A DNA stretch of 64,000 bases from an uncultured Clostridium sp. (GTDB lineage Bacteria; Bacillota; Clostridia; TANB77; CAG-508), in the NCBI GenBank assembly GCA_948438085.1, contig CAOJKP010000002.1:32021-96020 (forward strand), read 5' to 3'. A model generated the notes under the pieces. The model had not been told where the DNA came from and did no database searches. It worked only from the letters and a program-made list of their open reading frames with translations. The position numbers and the translations under genes are program-made. Positions 27,250 through 34,403 of the stretch are shown here, piece after piece. Position 1 is the first letter of the stretch, and the number at the start of each line of letters is the position of its first letter.

Positions 27250-28347
27250 ATGAAAAAAATAAATTATTCAAAATTAGAAGAAATAACAGTAAAGAATCAA
27301 GAAGAATTAAATGATATACCTTTAGATTTTAAAGGAAGAATATATATAAAATTTGGAACTTATAGTAATCCAGCTATAGTAAGAAATAGCTATTACTATT
27401 CAGTAAGAGCATGTGACAACAGCACAGTAGAAGCATATGACAACAGCACAGTAGAAGCATGTGACAACAGCACAGTAGAAGCATATGACAACAGTACAGT
27501 AAAAGCATGTGGCAACAGTACAGTAAAAGCATATGACAACAGCACAGTAGAAGCATATGACAACAGTACAGTAAAAGCATGTGGCAACAGTACAGTAGAA
27601 GCATATGACAACAGTACAGTAATAGCATGTGGCAACAGTACAGTAAGAGCATGTGGCAACAGTACAGTAAGAGCATGTGGCAACAGTACAGTAAGAGCAT
27701 ATAACAACAGCACAGTAGAAGCATATGACAACAGTACAGTAAGAGCATGTGACAACAGTACAGTAAGAGCATATAACAACAGCACAGTAGAAGCATATGA
27801 CAACAGTACAGTAAGAGCATGTGACAACAGTACAGTAAGAGCATATAACAACAGCACAGTAGAAGCATGTGGAAATGTCCAGGTATTAAATAGACAATTC
27901 GATGGAAAAATTAATGTTAAAGGTAACGCAAGAATAGTACATGACCCAGAGAATATAAATGAATTTATAGATTTTCATGGAATTGAACATACAAAAACTA
28001 CAGCAACATTTTATAAAGCAGTTAGAAAAGATAGTAATGGAATATATAGAGCTGATAGAGATAAAAATTTTATATATGAGATTGGAAAATACAAAACTGA
28101 AAAATGTGATTCTAATGTAAAAGAAGATTGTAGTTATGGAATACATATATCAACTTTAAATTGGGCATTAAATTTTGGAAAAAATTGGAACAACTTAGCA
28201 ATTCTTGAAGTTAAAACAAAAATATCAGATATAGTACTACCAGAAGGTTCAGATGGAAAAGTAAGAACATCAAAAGTAAAAGTAATAAGAGAAGTACCAT
28301 TAGAAGAATATGGAGTAGATGGCAAAATATTAATAAAGGAGAGATAA
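27250..28347 (+). CDS. octapeptide-repeat protein with globular C-terminal domain
   Basis: 19 consecutive A[YC][DGN]NSTV[EKRI] units followed by a ~160-aa non-repetitive domain (..FYKAVRKDSNGIYRAD..CSYGIHISTL..). Confidence 0.6.
   Translation: MKKINYSKLEEITVKNQEELNDIPLDFKGRIYIKFGTYSNPAIVRNSYYYSVRACDNSTVEAYDNSTVEACDNSTVEAYDNSTVKACGNSTVKAYDNSTVEAYDNSTVKACGNSTVEAYDNSTVIACGNSTVRACGNSTVRACGNSTVRAYNNSTVEAYDNSTVRACDNSTVRAYNNSTVEAYDNSTVRACDNSTVRAYNNSTVEACGNVQVLNRQFDGKINVKGNARIVHDPENINEFIDFHGIEHTKTTATFYKAVRKDSNGIYRADRDKNFIYEIGKYKTEKCDSNVKEDCSYGIHISTLNWALNFGKNWNNLAILEVKTKISDIVLPEGSDGKVRTSKVKVIREVPLEEYGVDGKILIKER
27409..27864 (+). repeat. 19 x 24-bp in-frame tandem repeat
   Basis: GCA-TGT/TAT-GAC/GGC/AAC-AAC-AGY-ACA-GTA-RNA units, head to tail, without spacers. 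Confidence 0.9.
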
Positions 28348-28351
28348 GCTA

Positions 28352-28795
28352 ATGGTAAAAATAATAAATAAAAATATATTAGAGTGTGAAGAAAATATTA
28401 TTATTCATCAAGTAAATCCATTTGGAAAAATGTGTGGAGGAGTAGCAAGACAATTAGCAAACAAATATAAAGGGTTAGAAGAAAAATACAACCTGTTTTG
28501 CAATAGCAAAAATTATGATTATAACCAACTAAAAGGAAAAGTATTTAAAATAAATATAGACGATAAAACAATATGTAACATGTTTAGTCAGATGCCAGAC
28601 TTTACAACAGACTATATAGCAATGAAAAAAGCTTTAACAACAATAAAAGAAATGGCAAAAGATTTAGGATTAAGTGTATGTATGCCATATAAAGTAGGTT
28701 GTGGGATTGCTAAAGGGAAATGGGAGACAGTAGAGCAAATTATTGCAAATGTATTTGATGATTATGAGGTTGCACTATACAGATTAGGAGAGTGA
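28352..28795 (+). CDS. macro-domain (ADP-ribose binding/hydrolase) protein
   Basis: NIIIHQVNPFGKMCGGVARQLANKY and MPYKVGCGIAKGKWETV resemble the macro-domain N-terminal and GxG-loop patterns. Confidence 0.5.
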   Translation: MVKIINKNILECEENIIIHQVNPFGKMCGGVARQLANKYKGLEEKYNLFCNSKNYDYNQLKGKVFKINIDDKTICNMFSQMPDFTTDYIAMKKALTTIKEMAKDLGLSVCMPYKVGCGIAKGKWETVEQIIANVFDDYEVALYRLGE

Positions 28796-28801
28796 TAACA
28801 A

Positions 28802-29107
28802 ATGAATGAAGAATGTGAAGAAACAAGACGAGAAGCAAATGAAAGAGTGGATAAAACAACAAGAGAATTACAAGTATTAAGTATATTGAATGAACATGAA
28901 GAAGCAACAGCAAAGCAAATAGCAAGGTATATGGCATATAGAGGTTATACAAAAGAAATAGACTACAATTATGCAAGACCAAGATTAACACATCTATTGG
29001 AAGAAAGAGAAGTTTGCATAGTAGGGAAAGAGTTAGATGCAGAAACAAATTGTAAGGAAGTAGTATATAAAATAACTGAAAAAGGGAAAGAGAGGTTAAA
29101 ACAATGA
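28802..29107 (+). CDS. winged-helix DNA-binding protein
   Basis: ELQVLSILNEHEEATAKQIARYM...VVYKITEKGKERL. Confidence 0.4.
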   Translation: MNEECEETRREANERVDKTTRELQVLSILNEHEEATAKQIARYMAYRGYTKEIDYNYARPRLTHLLEEREVCIVGKELDAETNCKEVVYKITEKGKERLKQ

Positions 29108-29388
29108 TAATAGTAAGTCAAGATAAAAAGCAAATTATAAATTTAGATAATCTAACAAGAATTTTTATTGAAGATTTCTCAGAAGATGGAGATGGATTTG
29201 GAATTGGAGCAGATACTAATAGTGCAGAAAGTCAATGTTGGGATTTAGGATATTATAAAACTGAACAGAAGGCAAAAGAAGTATTACGAAAAATAGTAAG
29301 GTTATATAGTAAATATGAATATGAAAAAACGCAATATGATTATAGAAAATACGAAGCTCCAAAAGTATATGAAATGCCAGAGGACTAG
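29104..29388 (+). CDS. hypothetical protein
   Basis: 94-codon ORF with overlapping stop/start. Confidence 0.45.
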   Translation: MIIVSQDKKQIINLDNLTRIFIEDFSEDGDGFGIGADTNSAESQCWDLGYYKTEQKAKEVLRKIVRLYSKYEYEKTQYDYRKYEAPKVYEMPED

Positions 29389-29391
29389 CCT

Positions 29392-29566
29392 ATGAAATAT
29401 CAACAGATAGAAGGAATATGCAAAACAGCAATAGAAACAGGAATGTGCAAACGGATGCAATTTATTGGAACTAGAAAATTTTGTAGGAAAAGATAAATGT
29501 AATCTAGTACCAAGTGGGCTAGATATATGTAAGAAAATACTAGAAGGAGTACAACAAAAAATATGA
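29392..29566 (+). CDS. 57-aa Cys-rich protein, readable only with a +1 step at in-frame CGG 29452
   Basis: The zero frame stops at 29497, leaving a 65-nt gap. The +1 frame (GGA TGC AAT...) stays open 37 codons and ends in the ATGA overlap with the next gene at 29563. Confidence 0.4.
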
Positions 29567-29964
29567 CAGAAGAAGAATTTTTAATTGAAATGAAGAATTT
29601 TTTTGAAAATATAGATAAATTAAAAATTGATTTAGAAAAGCAAATTAAAGAAACTGAATTAGTTAGAGATGATTTGTTGCACGAGTTAGAATTAGCAAAT
29701 TTAGATGCAATAGATATGTCAAAGTTAGCAAAGACATTAAAAAAAGTTTTAAAAGAACGCAGAAAATACAAAGATGAATTAGCCAAAGTAATGACGTTGA
29801 AAGGGTTTACAGACAAATATAATAACAAGCTTATAGTAGGAGATATAATTAATGTTCTAAAAAATTTAAAAACATTAAAAAGCAACAATAGTACAAGAAC
29901 TTATAGAGCAAGAAGAATAACAAATTTAAAATGCACTGAAATAAAAGAGTTAGAGGAGGTTTAA
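29563..29964 (+). CDS. coiled-coil hypothetical protein
   Basis: 133-codon ORF. Confidence 0.5.
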   Translation: MTEEEFLIEMKNFFENIDKLKIDLEKQIKETELVRDDLLHELELANLDAIDMSKLAKTLKKVLKERRKYKDELAKVMTLKGFTDKYNNKLIVGDIINVLKNLKTLKSNNSTRTYRARRITNLKCTEIKELEEV

Positions 29965-29965
29965 G

Positions 29966-30238
29966 ATGTCAAATAAAAAAGATAAAGTAATAACAATAAT
30001 ATTATTACTAATAATGATTATATTAATATATATAACAGCAGAGCAAGAAACAATAGAAAATAAGATAAAAGAAAACAGAATAAACAACATAGAAAATACA
30101 TTAGAAAATCATACACATTACATAGATAAGTTAGAAGCGGATGTGGATAATTTGAAAGAGGTAAGTCAATTAAAATTGAAAAAGAAAAATAATATTATTA
30201 ACTTACAGTCAAATAAGCATTATTTTGTTGACAGTTGA
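29966..30238 (+). CDS. membrane-anchored coiled-coil protein
   Basis: N-terminal TM helix VITIILLLIMIILIYI. Confidence 0.45.
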   Translation: MSNKKDKVITIILLLIMIILIYITAEQETIENKIKENRINNIENTLENHTHYIDKLEADVDNLKEVSQLKLKKKNNIINLQSNKHYFVDS

Positions 30239-30260
30239 GAAGTGTTAGAAAATAGTAAAA

Positions 30261-30284
30261 GACTGACCATAAATTGGTCAGTCC
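30261..30284. terminator. bidirectional terminator
   Basis: GACTGACCA-taaat-TGGTCAGTC with a T-run on the minus strand. Confidence 0.65.
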
Positions 30285-30289
30285 ATCGA

Positions 30290-30421
30290 TTACCTAATTG
30301 TTTGGTTATGGCAAATTTGTAAGAGAATAAGCCCAATACCTAAGAGCATAGTTTTAACACCAAACACTCCAAAACCAAAATAACCAAGTAACATTGCGAT
30401 TATGCCTGCAACTGTCCACAT
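30290..30421 (-). CDS. 43-aa double-TM hydrophobic peptide (counter-oriented)
   Basis: MWTVAGIIAMLLGYFGFGVFGVKTMLLGIGLILLQICHNQTIR. GGGGG lies 7 nt before the ATG. Has its own promoter and terminator and is GC-richer. Confidence 0.5.
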   Translation of the reverse strand: MWTVAGIIAMLLGYFGFGVFGVKTMLLGIGLILLQICHNQTIR

Positions 30422-30461
30422 AAAAATACCCCCATCTGTGTAGGTTAACTGTATCAATTAA

Positions 30462-30490
30462 ATTATAACATAAAATTTACATAAAATCAA
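30462..30490 (-). promoter_or_regulatory. promoter cassette copy 1
   Basis: Minus strand TTGATT (30485-30490) -17- TGT-TATAAT (30462-30467). Confidence 0.55.
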
Positions 30491-30514
30491 ATTTAAAAAG
30501 GAGTTGATAAAGAA

Positions 30515-30853
30515 ATGCAAGAATATAAATTTAAAGGAAAAACAATAGATAATAATGAGTGGGTTTATGGAAACTTAATAATTGATGGGGACAAATATTA
30601 TATTTGTTTGGGAATAAATGAGCATATAAAAAGAAATGATTATGAAGTATATATGATAGAAGTAATACCAGAAACAGTATTACAAGCATTAGATAATTCT
30701 ATACCTAAAGAAAAAGTGAAATCAGTATTAGAAAGAGAAATAAAGCAAATAAAAGATAAACAACAATATAATTGGGTTGGTACTGAATGGAATGAAACAG
30801 AAGTTGTAGAAGAATTAGGAGATATAAAGAAAGAACTATTGGAAGAAAAATAA
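30515..30853 (+). CDS. YopX-like phage protein (tentative)
   Basis: FKGKTIDNNEWVYGNLIIDGDKYYI pattern. Confidence 0.35.
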   Translation: MQEYKFKGKTIDNNEWVYGNLIIDGDKYYICLGINEHIKRNDYEVYMIEVIPETVLQALDNSIPKEKVKSVLEREIKQIKDKQQYNWVGTEWNETEVVEELGDIKKELLEEK

Positions 30854-30859
30854 GAAGAA

Positions 30860-30884
30860 CCCCCTGCTAAAGTTCAGCAGGGGG
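30860..30884. terminator. bidirectional terminator
   Basis: CCCCCTGCT-aaagttc-AGCAGGGGG. Confidence 0.7.
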
Positions 30885-30890
30885 AGAGAG

Positions 30891-30974
30891 CTACTTTTTG
30901 CATGCAATAAAAGCAAGAAGAATAATCACAAGGAGCTCAAAATACTGATGTACTAAAGTTAAAAGTTCCTGCAT
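30891..30974 (-). CDS. 27-aa hydrophobic peptide with KK tail (type I toxin-like)
   Basis: MQELLTLVHQYFELLVIILLAFIACKK. GGAGG lies 8 nt before the ATG. Has its own promoter and terminator. Confidence 0.5.
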   Translation of the reverse strand: MQELLTLVHQYFELLVIILLAFIACKK

Positions 30975-31006
30975 ACTAAATACCTCCATATATTTTTTAT
31001 AATATA

Positions 31007-31035
31007 ATTATAACATAAAATTTACATAAAATCAA
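31007..31035 (-). promoter_or_regulatory. promoter cassette copy 2
   Basis: Identical TTGATT-17-TGT-TATAAT. The 29 nt are identical to copy 1. Confidence 0.55.
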
Positions 31036-31057
31036 ATACTACAGCTAAGGTGGTAGT

Positions 31058-31264
31058 ATGGGAGAAAATGAGATTTTAAATTTATGGAGAAGCGGATTAA
31101 GTAAGACAAAAGTAGCAGAGATGTATCGTAGAAGATATAATCAACAAATTAGAATAATAAGAGCAGAAGTAGTAAATAGACACAGTGGAAGATTTATAAG
31201 CAGTTATGAAGCATTAGCAGTAGTGGAGAGAGTAATTTATAAGGAGGTAAGAAAAAAGTACTAA
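31058..31264 (+). CDS. small HTH-like protein
   Basis: LSKTKVAEMYRRRYNQQIRIIR. Confidence 0.4.
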   Translation: MGENEILNLWRSGLSKTKVAEMYRRRYNQQIRIIRAEVVNRHSGRFISSYEALAVVERVIYKEVRKKY

Positions 31265-31281
31265 AAGAAGCTGATGAAAGA

Positions 31282-31464
31282 TTGCAGGATTTCTTGAAAT
31301 ATGGTGTAGATGAAGATTTTCAAGATATTTTTACAGAATTTGTACATGAATTAAGTTGTGCAGATTTAAGTGAAAATACACTAAATAATCTATATGAATT
31401 ATTTATAAAAAATATGAGAATGTATTTTGAAAAGAAAGCATTGGAGGTGCAAAATGAACAATAA
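31282..31464 (+). CDS. hypothetical protein
   Basis: 60-codon ORF (TTG start). Confidence 0.35.
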   Translation: MQDFLKYGVDEDFQDIFTEFVHELSCADLSENTLNNLYELFIKNMRMYFEKKALEVQNEQ

Positions 31465-31582
31465 TGATATAGAAGAAGATATATGTTCTAAAACAGAAAA
31501 TGAGCATTGTGACCAAATGGGTTTTGGCGTGTGTGAAAATTGCATAAAACAATATTTTGAAAGGAAAGTAAATGACAATTGA
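31454..31582 (+). CDS. 42-aa Cys-rich protein
   Basis: GGAGG upstream. ..CSKTENEHC..GVCENC.. Confidence 0.35.
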   Translation: MNNNDIEEDICSKTENEHCDQMGFGVCENCIKQYFERKVNDN

Positions 31583-31721
31583 AAAGAAATTACAAAAAAG
31601 AATTAATACAATAATACAACTAAGTGGAACATATCCAAAAGAAATAGAAGTAACAAAAGAAGAATATGAGCAAATAGGACAAGATACATTTATGGGAGTT
31701 AAATTAAAAATAAAAGAGTAG
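31572..31721 (+). CDS. 49-aa hypothetical protein
   Basis: Overlapping start. Stop lies just before the SD of the next gene. Confidence 0.3.
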   Translation: MTIEKKLQKRINTIIQLSGTYPKEIEVTKEEYEQIGQDTFMGVKLKIKE

Positions 31722-31730
31722 GAGGTACAG

Positions 31731-32219
31731 ATGAATATAGAAAGAGCCTTAAAAGAATATAAAAAGACTAAAGGCAAGATAGAAACAGCAGAAGAAAGAT
31801 GCAAATATTGGCAATATTGTTTAGATACAATGACAGATGATGAAATAAAAGCAGAATTTGTATATAATGAAAACGATCTATATGGAATGCCTAAATCAAG
31901 AAATAATAACAGTCCAGTAGAAAATACAATAATAACTAAAGAAGTTACAAGAGATATGGTAAAGCAATGGATAAAAGACGACAAGTCAAGAATAAGACCA
32001 TTAAAACAAGAAGTAAAACAAATAGAAATAGCATTAGGTTCTCTAACAGAGGAAGAAAACTATGTAATAACATGTAAAAGCATAGATAATTGGAAATGGA
32101 TACAAGTAGAAATAGGGTTTAATGATACGTTCAGAGATAAAAATAAAATTACAATAGAACAATTAAAAAATATTAAAACAAATGGACTAAAAAAGATGGA
32201 AGAAATCATAAATATATAA
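31731..32219 (+). CDS. ArpU/RinA-like late-gene transcriptional activator (tentative)
   Basis: Size, position before the packaging module, and a C-terminal sigma-region-4-like segment. Confidence 0.35.
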   Translation: MNIERALKEYKKTKGKIETAEERCKYWQYCLDTMTDDEIKAEFVYNENDLYGMPKSRNNNSPVENTIITKEVTRDMVKQWIKDDKSRIRPLKQEVKQIEIALGSLTEEENYVITCKSIDNWKWIQVEIGFNDTFRDKNKITIEQLKNIKTNGLKKMEEIINI

Positions 32220-32254
32220 ATTACCCGAAAATTACCTAAAAATTACCCGAAAAA
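32220..32254 (+). repeat. 3 x 11-bp tandem repeat ATTACC(C/T)(G/A)AAA
   Basis: ATTACCCGAAA ATTACCTAAAA ATTACCCGAAAAA directly after the activator gene. Confidence 0.6.
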
Positions 32255-32462
32255 TATCTGTTTTTTTAAAAACAATGTGGTATTATATTAATATCGATAT
32301 GTATCTAAAATAGATACAACGAAGATGAAAAAAGAATGATATGCTTAGAAATAAGTCGTTAGTCCATATACCATTCCAATATAAAATTAGTTTGTTTAGA
32401 AAGTTAGTTATAGATTTATTTTATAGCTAACTCTTTTTAATAAAAAAGAAAGAGGTAGAAAT

Positions 32463-32756
32463 ATGAAAATTATGATAAGTCAACCTATGAAAGGTAAAAC
32501 AAATGAACAAATAAGAGAAGAAAGAGCAGAATTAGTAAAAAGATTACAAGAAGAAGGGAATGAAGTAGTAGATACAGTATTGGAAAATGCACCTGCAGAT
32601 GAAGATATAGCAATATATATGCTATCACAATCAATAAGATATATAGGAAAGGTAGATGCTTTATATTTTATGAAAGATTGGGAAAAAGCAAGAGGATGTA
32701 AAATAGAACATAATGTTGCAGTTGAGTATGGAAAAAAAGTATTTTACGAAAATTAA
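32463..32756 (+). CDS. DUF4406 / nucleoside 2-deoxyribosyltransferase-like protein (tentative)
   Basis: MISQPMKGKT...VDALYFMKDWEKARGCKIEHNVA resembles the ISGPM.G...gW..S.G...E pattern. Confidence 0.4.
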   Translation: MKIMISQPMKGKTNEQIREERAELVKRLQEEGNEVVDTVLENAPADEDIAIYMLSQSIRYIGKVDALYFMKDWEKARGCKIEHNVAVEYGKKVFYEN

Positions 32757-32908
32757 ATTAGCTATTAATACAATACTAGGTAAGTATTAATATAAAGAAT
32801 CTCCTTTCTTATTGATGAATAAAATAGAAGAAAACAAATAAAGCTTTCCTAGTAAGTTTTATAAAATAGAGTTATGTTCTTTGATAACATAACCCTATTT
32901 TAATATAT

Positions 32909-32983
32909 TGCAGAATAGTTTAACTGGTATAACAACACGCTTTGACCTTGTCATTTTTAGTTCGAATCTAAATTCTGCAACCA
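32909..32983 (+). tRNA. phage-encoded tRNA-Gln (anticodon UUG)
   Basis: Cloverleaf by hand. Acceptor TGCAGAA/TTCTGCA (U1-A72), D-loop with GG, anticodon arm ACACG-CTTTGAC-CTTGT (one C-U mismatch), T-arm TTTAG-TTCGAAT-CTAAA, encoded CCA. Confidence 0.65.
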
Positions 32984-32993
32984 ATAAAAGACA

Positions 32994-33021
32994 AGCCCAC
33001 AACTCTTTCGAGAAGTGGGCT
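32994..33021 (-). terminator. terminator of the 33076-33333 cassette
   Basis: AGCCCAC..GTGGGCT followed by TGTCTTTTATT on the minus strand. Confidence 0.5.
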
Positions 33022-33075
33022 AATAGACGTGACCAACTTAATTAATATGTTGGTAATTATTGAAGTGTAAAAATG

Positions 33076-33333
33076 TTATACAGGTGAATATGTAGGATGC
33101 TCTTCTAATTCTTTGGCTCTGCGTTTGTCCATCAATTTCACACCAGCTTCTAAATGATTGAAAGGATTACTATATCCCATATTTTCAGCAATTGTTGCAC
33201 TTAAATGTATTGTTTGCTGTCTATAGTAATCATATTCTTCATCTGAATAGAAAATAGGTCTTATTGTACATTCCTTCCGAATAGGACAGTTTGTGCAATA
33301 TTCTTGAGAAAAACAAATTTCACCATTAGTCAT
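33076..33333 (-). CDS. counter-oriented GC-richer moron, Cys-rich hypothetical protein
   Basis: AAAGGAG lies 9 nt before the ATG at 33333. MTNGEICFSQEYCTNCPIRKECT... Has an in-frame CGG at 33279-33277 without a frame change. Confidence 0.5.
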   Translation of the reverse strand: MTNGEICFSQEYCTNCPIRKECTIRPIFYSDEEYDYYRQQTIHLSATIAENMGYSNPFNHLEAGVKLMDKRRAKELEEHPTYSPV

Positions 33334-33368
33334 AATCAAACACTCCTTTGCATTATAATGATAACTAC

Positions 33369-33397
33369 ATTATATAACAATTTACATAAAAAATCAA
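33369..33397 (-). promoter_or_regulatory. promoter cassette copy 3 (diverged)
   Basis: Minus strand TTGATT (33392-33397) -17- TATAAT (33369-33374). Shares the ..TTTACATAAAA.ATCAAA.. core with copies 1 and 2. Confidence 0.5.
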
Positions 33398-33411
33398 ACG
33401 AGGTGGTACAA

Positions 33412-33576
33412 ATGACAGTAGAAGCATATAAGAAATACATATGTCCTAACTGTAAGAATAAAGATAAATACTTATGCAATATAAGATATAGGTATGATAA
33501 TACATTATATTGTACAGGATATGACACTAATATAGAAAAAAGAAAGAAATCGCCATTACATTGGCAAAGGTGGTAA
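33412..33576 (+). CDS. 54-aa zinc-ribbon protein
   Basis: GGTGG upstream. CPNCKNKDKYLC...LYCTG. Confidence 0.4.
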   Translation: MTVEAYKKYICPNCKNKDKYLCNIRYRYDNTLYCTGYDTNIEKRKKSPLHWQRW

Positions 33577-33947
33577 AGTATGTGAAACAACGACGTAAAA
33601 GAAGAAAATATGTTAATTGGGAAGTAGAAATAGCAAAAGGAAATACAGATGCTTTTTATAATTCTACAGATTGGGAAATACTGAGAGAAAAAGTTTTGGA
33701 AAGAGATAAAGGTAAATGCCAATTTTTTTTAGGTAAATGGAATGATGGAAAGCATTTTCCAAAGACAATAAAAATAATAAATGCAGATACAGTACATCAT
33801 ATTATCCCGATAAAACAAAGACCAGATTTAGCATTAGATATAAATAATTGTATGAGTTTAAGTTTTGAAGCACACGAAATAATAGAAGAAAGACATAGAT
33901 GGACTTGGAGAAAAAAGAAGAAAGTATTAACGGAGGAGCGATGGTAA
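33561..33947 (+). CDS. HNH endonuclease (packaging-associated)
   Basis: CQFF..DTVHHIIPIKQRPDLALDINNCMSLSFEAHEIIE. Positioned upstream of the terminase genes, as in HK97-like cos phages. Confidence 0.7.
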   Translation: MAKVVKYVKQRRKRRKYVNWEVEIAKGNTDAFYNSTDWEILREKVLERDKGKCQFFLGKWNDGKHFPKTIKIINADTVHHIIPIKQRPDLALDINNCMSLSFEAHEIIEERHRWTWRKKKKVLTEERW

Positions 33948-33948
33948 T

Positions 33949-34401
33949 ATGTTAAAAAGAATATATTCAAAAAATGAAGAAATAGATAAAGATGTTAAGG
34001 ATATTATATTAAAAAATGAACAATATGATTTAAAACAATTATTGTATTTATTTGCAATACCAGGAGCGAAAATAGGATGGAAAGGTCAAAAGAAAAGATT
34101 CAAGGTTATTGCTAGAAATGATAATTTTGTAATTATAACAAGACCATATAATCCTAAAAAGACATTTGAATATTCAATATTAGATTTAGAATATATGCAA
34201 TGTAATCATGATAATTGCTACAATAAATATGACTATTCTAGTAAAGACGAGTGTATGGAAGCATTAATGGAATTACAAGAAAATAGAAATCAAGGAAAGA
34301 GATTAGGTTATAGTTGCGATGGATTGCAATTATCAAGAAGAGGAATAGCAAGAATAGAAGATGTAGTAAGTGAAGTATATATACAAGTTGAGGTGAAATA
34401 A
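33949..34401 (+). CDS. hypothetical protein
   Basis: 150-codon ORF. Confidence 0.5.
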   Translation: MLKRIYSKNEEIDKDVKDIILKNEQYDLKQLLYLFAIPGAKIGWKGQKKRFKVIARNDNFVIITRPYNPKKTFEYSILDLEYMQCNHDNCYNKYDYSSKDECMEALMELQENRNQGKRLGYSCDGLQLSRRGIARIEDVVSEVYIQVEVK

Positions 34402-34403
34402 AT

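Noticed and set aside
27409-27864. CRISPR array
   Set aside because: The repeats are contiguous with no spacers, are in frame within a CDS, and no cas genes are present.
27374-27868. Long minus-strand ORFs (164 aa and 153 aa, MLLLCCCY.../MLLLYALTV...) across the tandem repeat
   Set aside because: They are the antisense reading of the 24-bp repeat array. They are low complexity, have no SD, and overlap a plus-strand gene that has a clear start, stop and unique C-terminal domain.
31403-31984. 193-aa minus-strand ORF, and similar ones at 29400-29888, 34619-35029, 23679-24100, 16584-16929 and 19505-20089
   Set aside because: All are antisense to tightly packed plus-strand operons, lack SDs and have F/L/I/S-rich composition typical of spurious AT-rich frames.
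32909-32983. Phage tRNA as the frameshift-suppressor for CGG sites
   Set aside because: It has a canonical 7-nt anticodon loop with UUG and no complementarity to CGG or CGGA.
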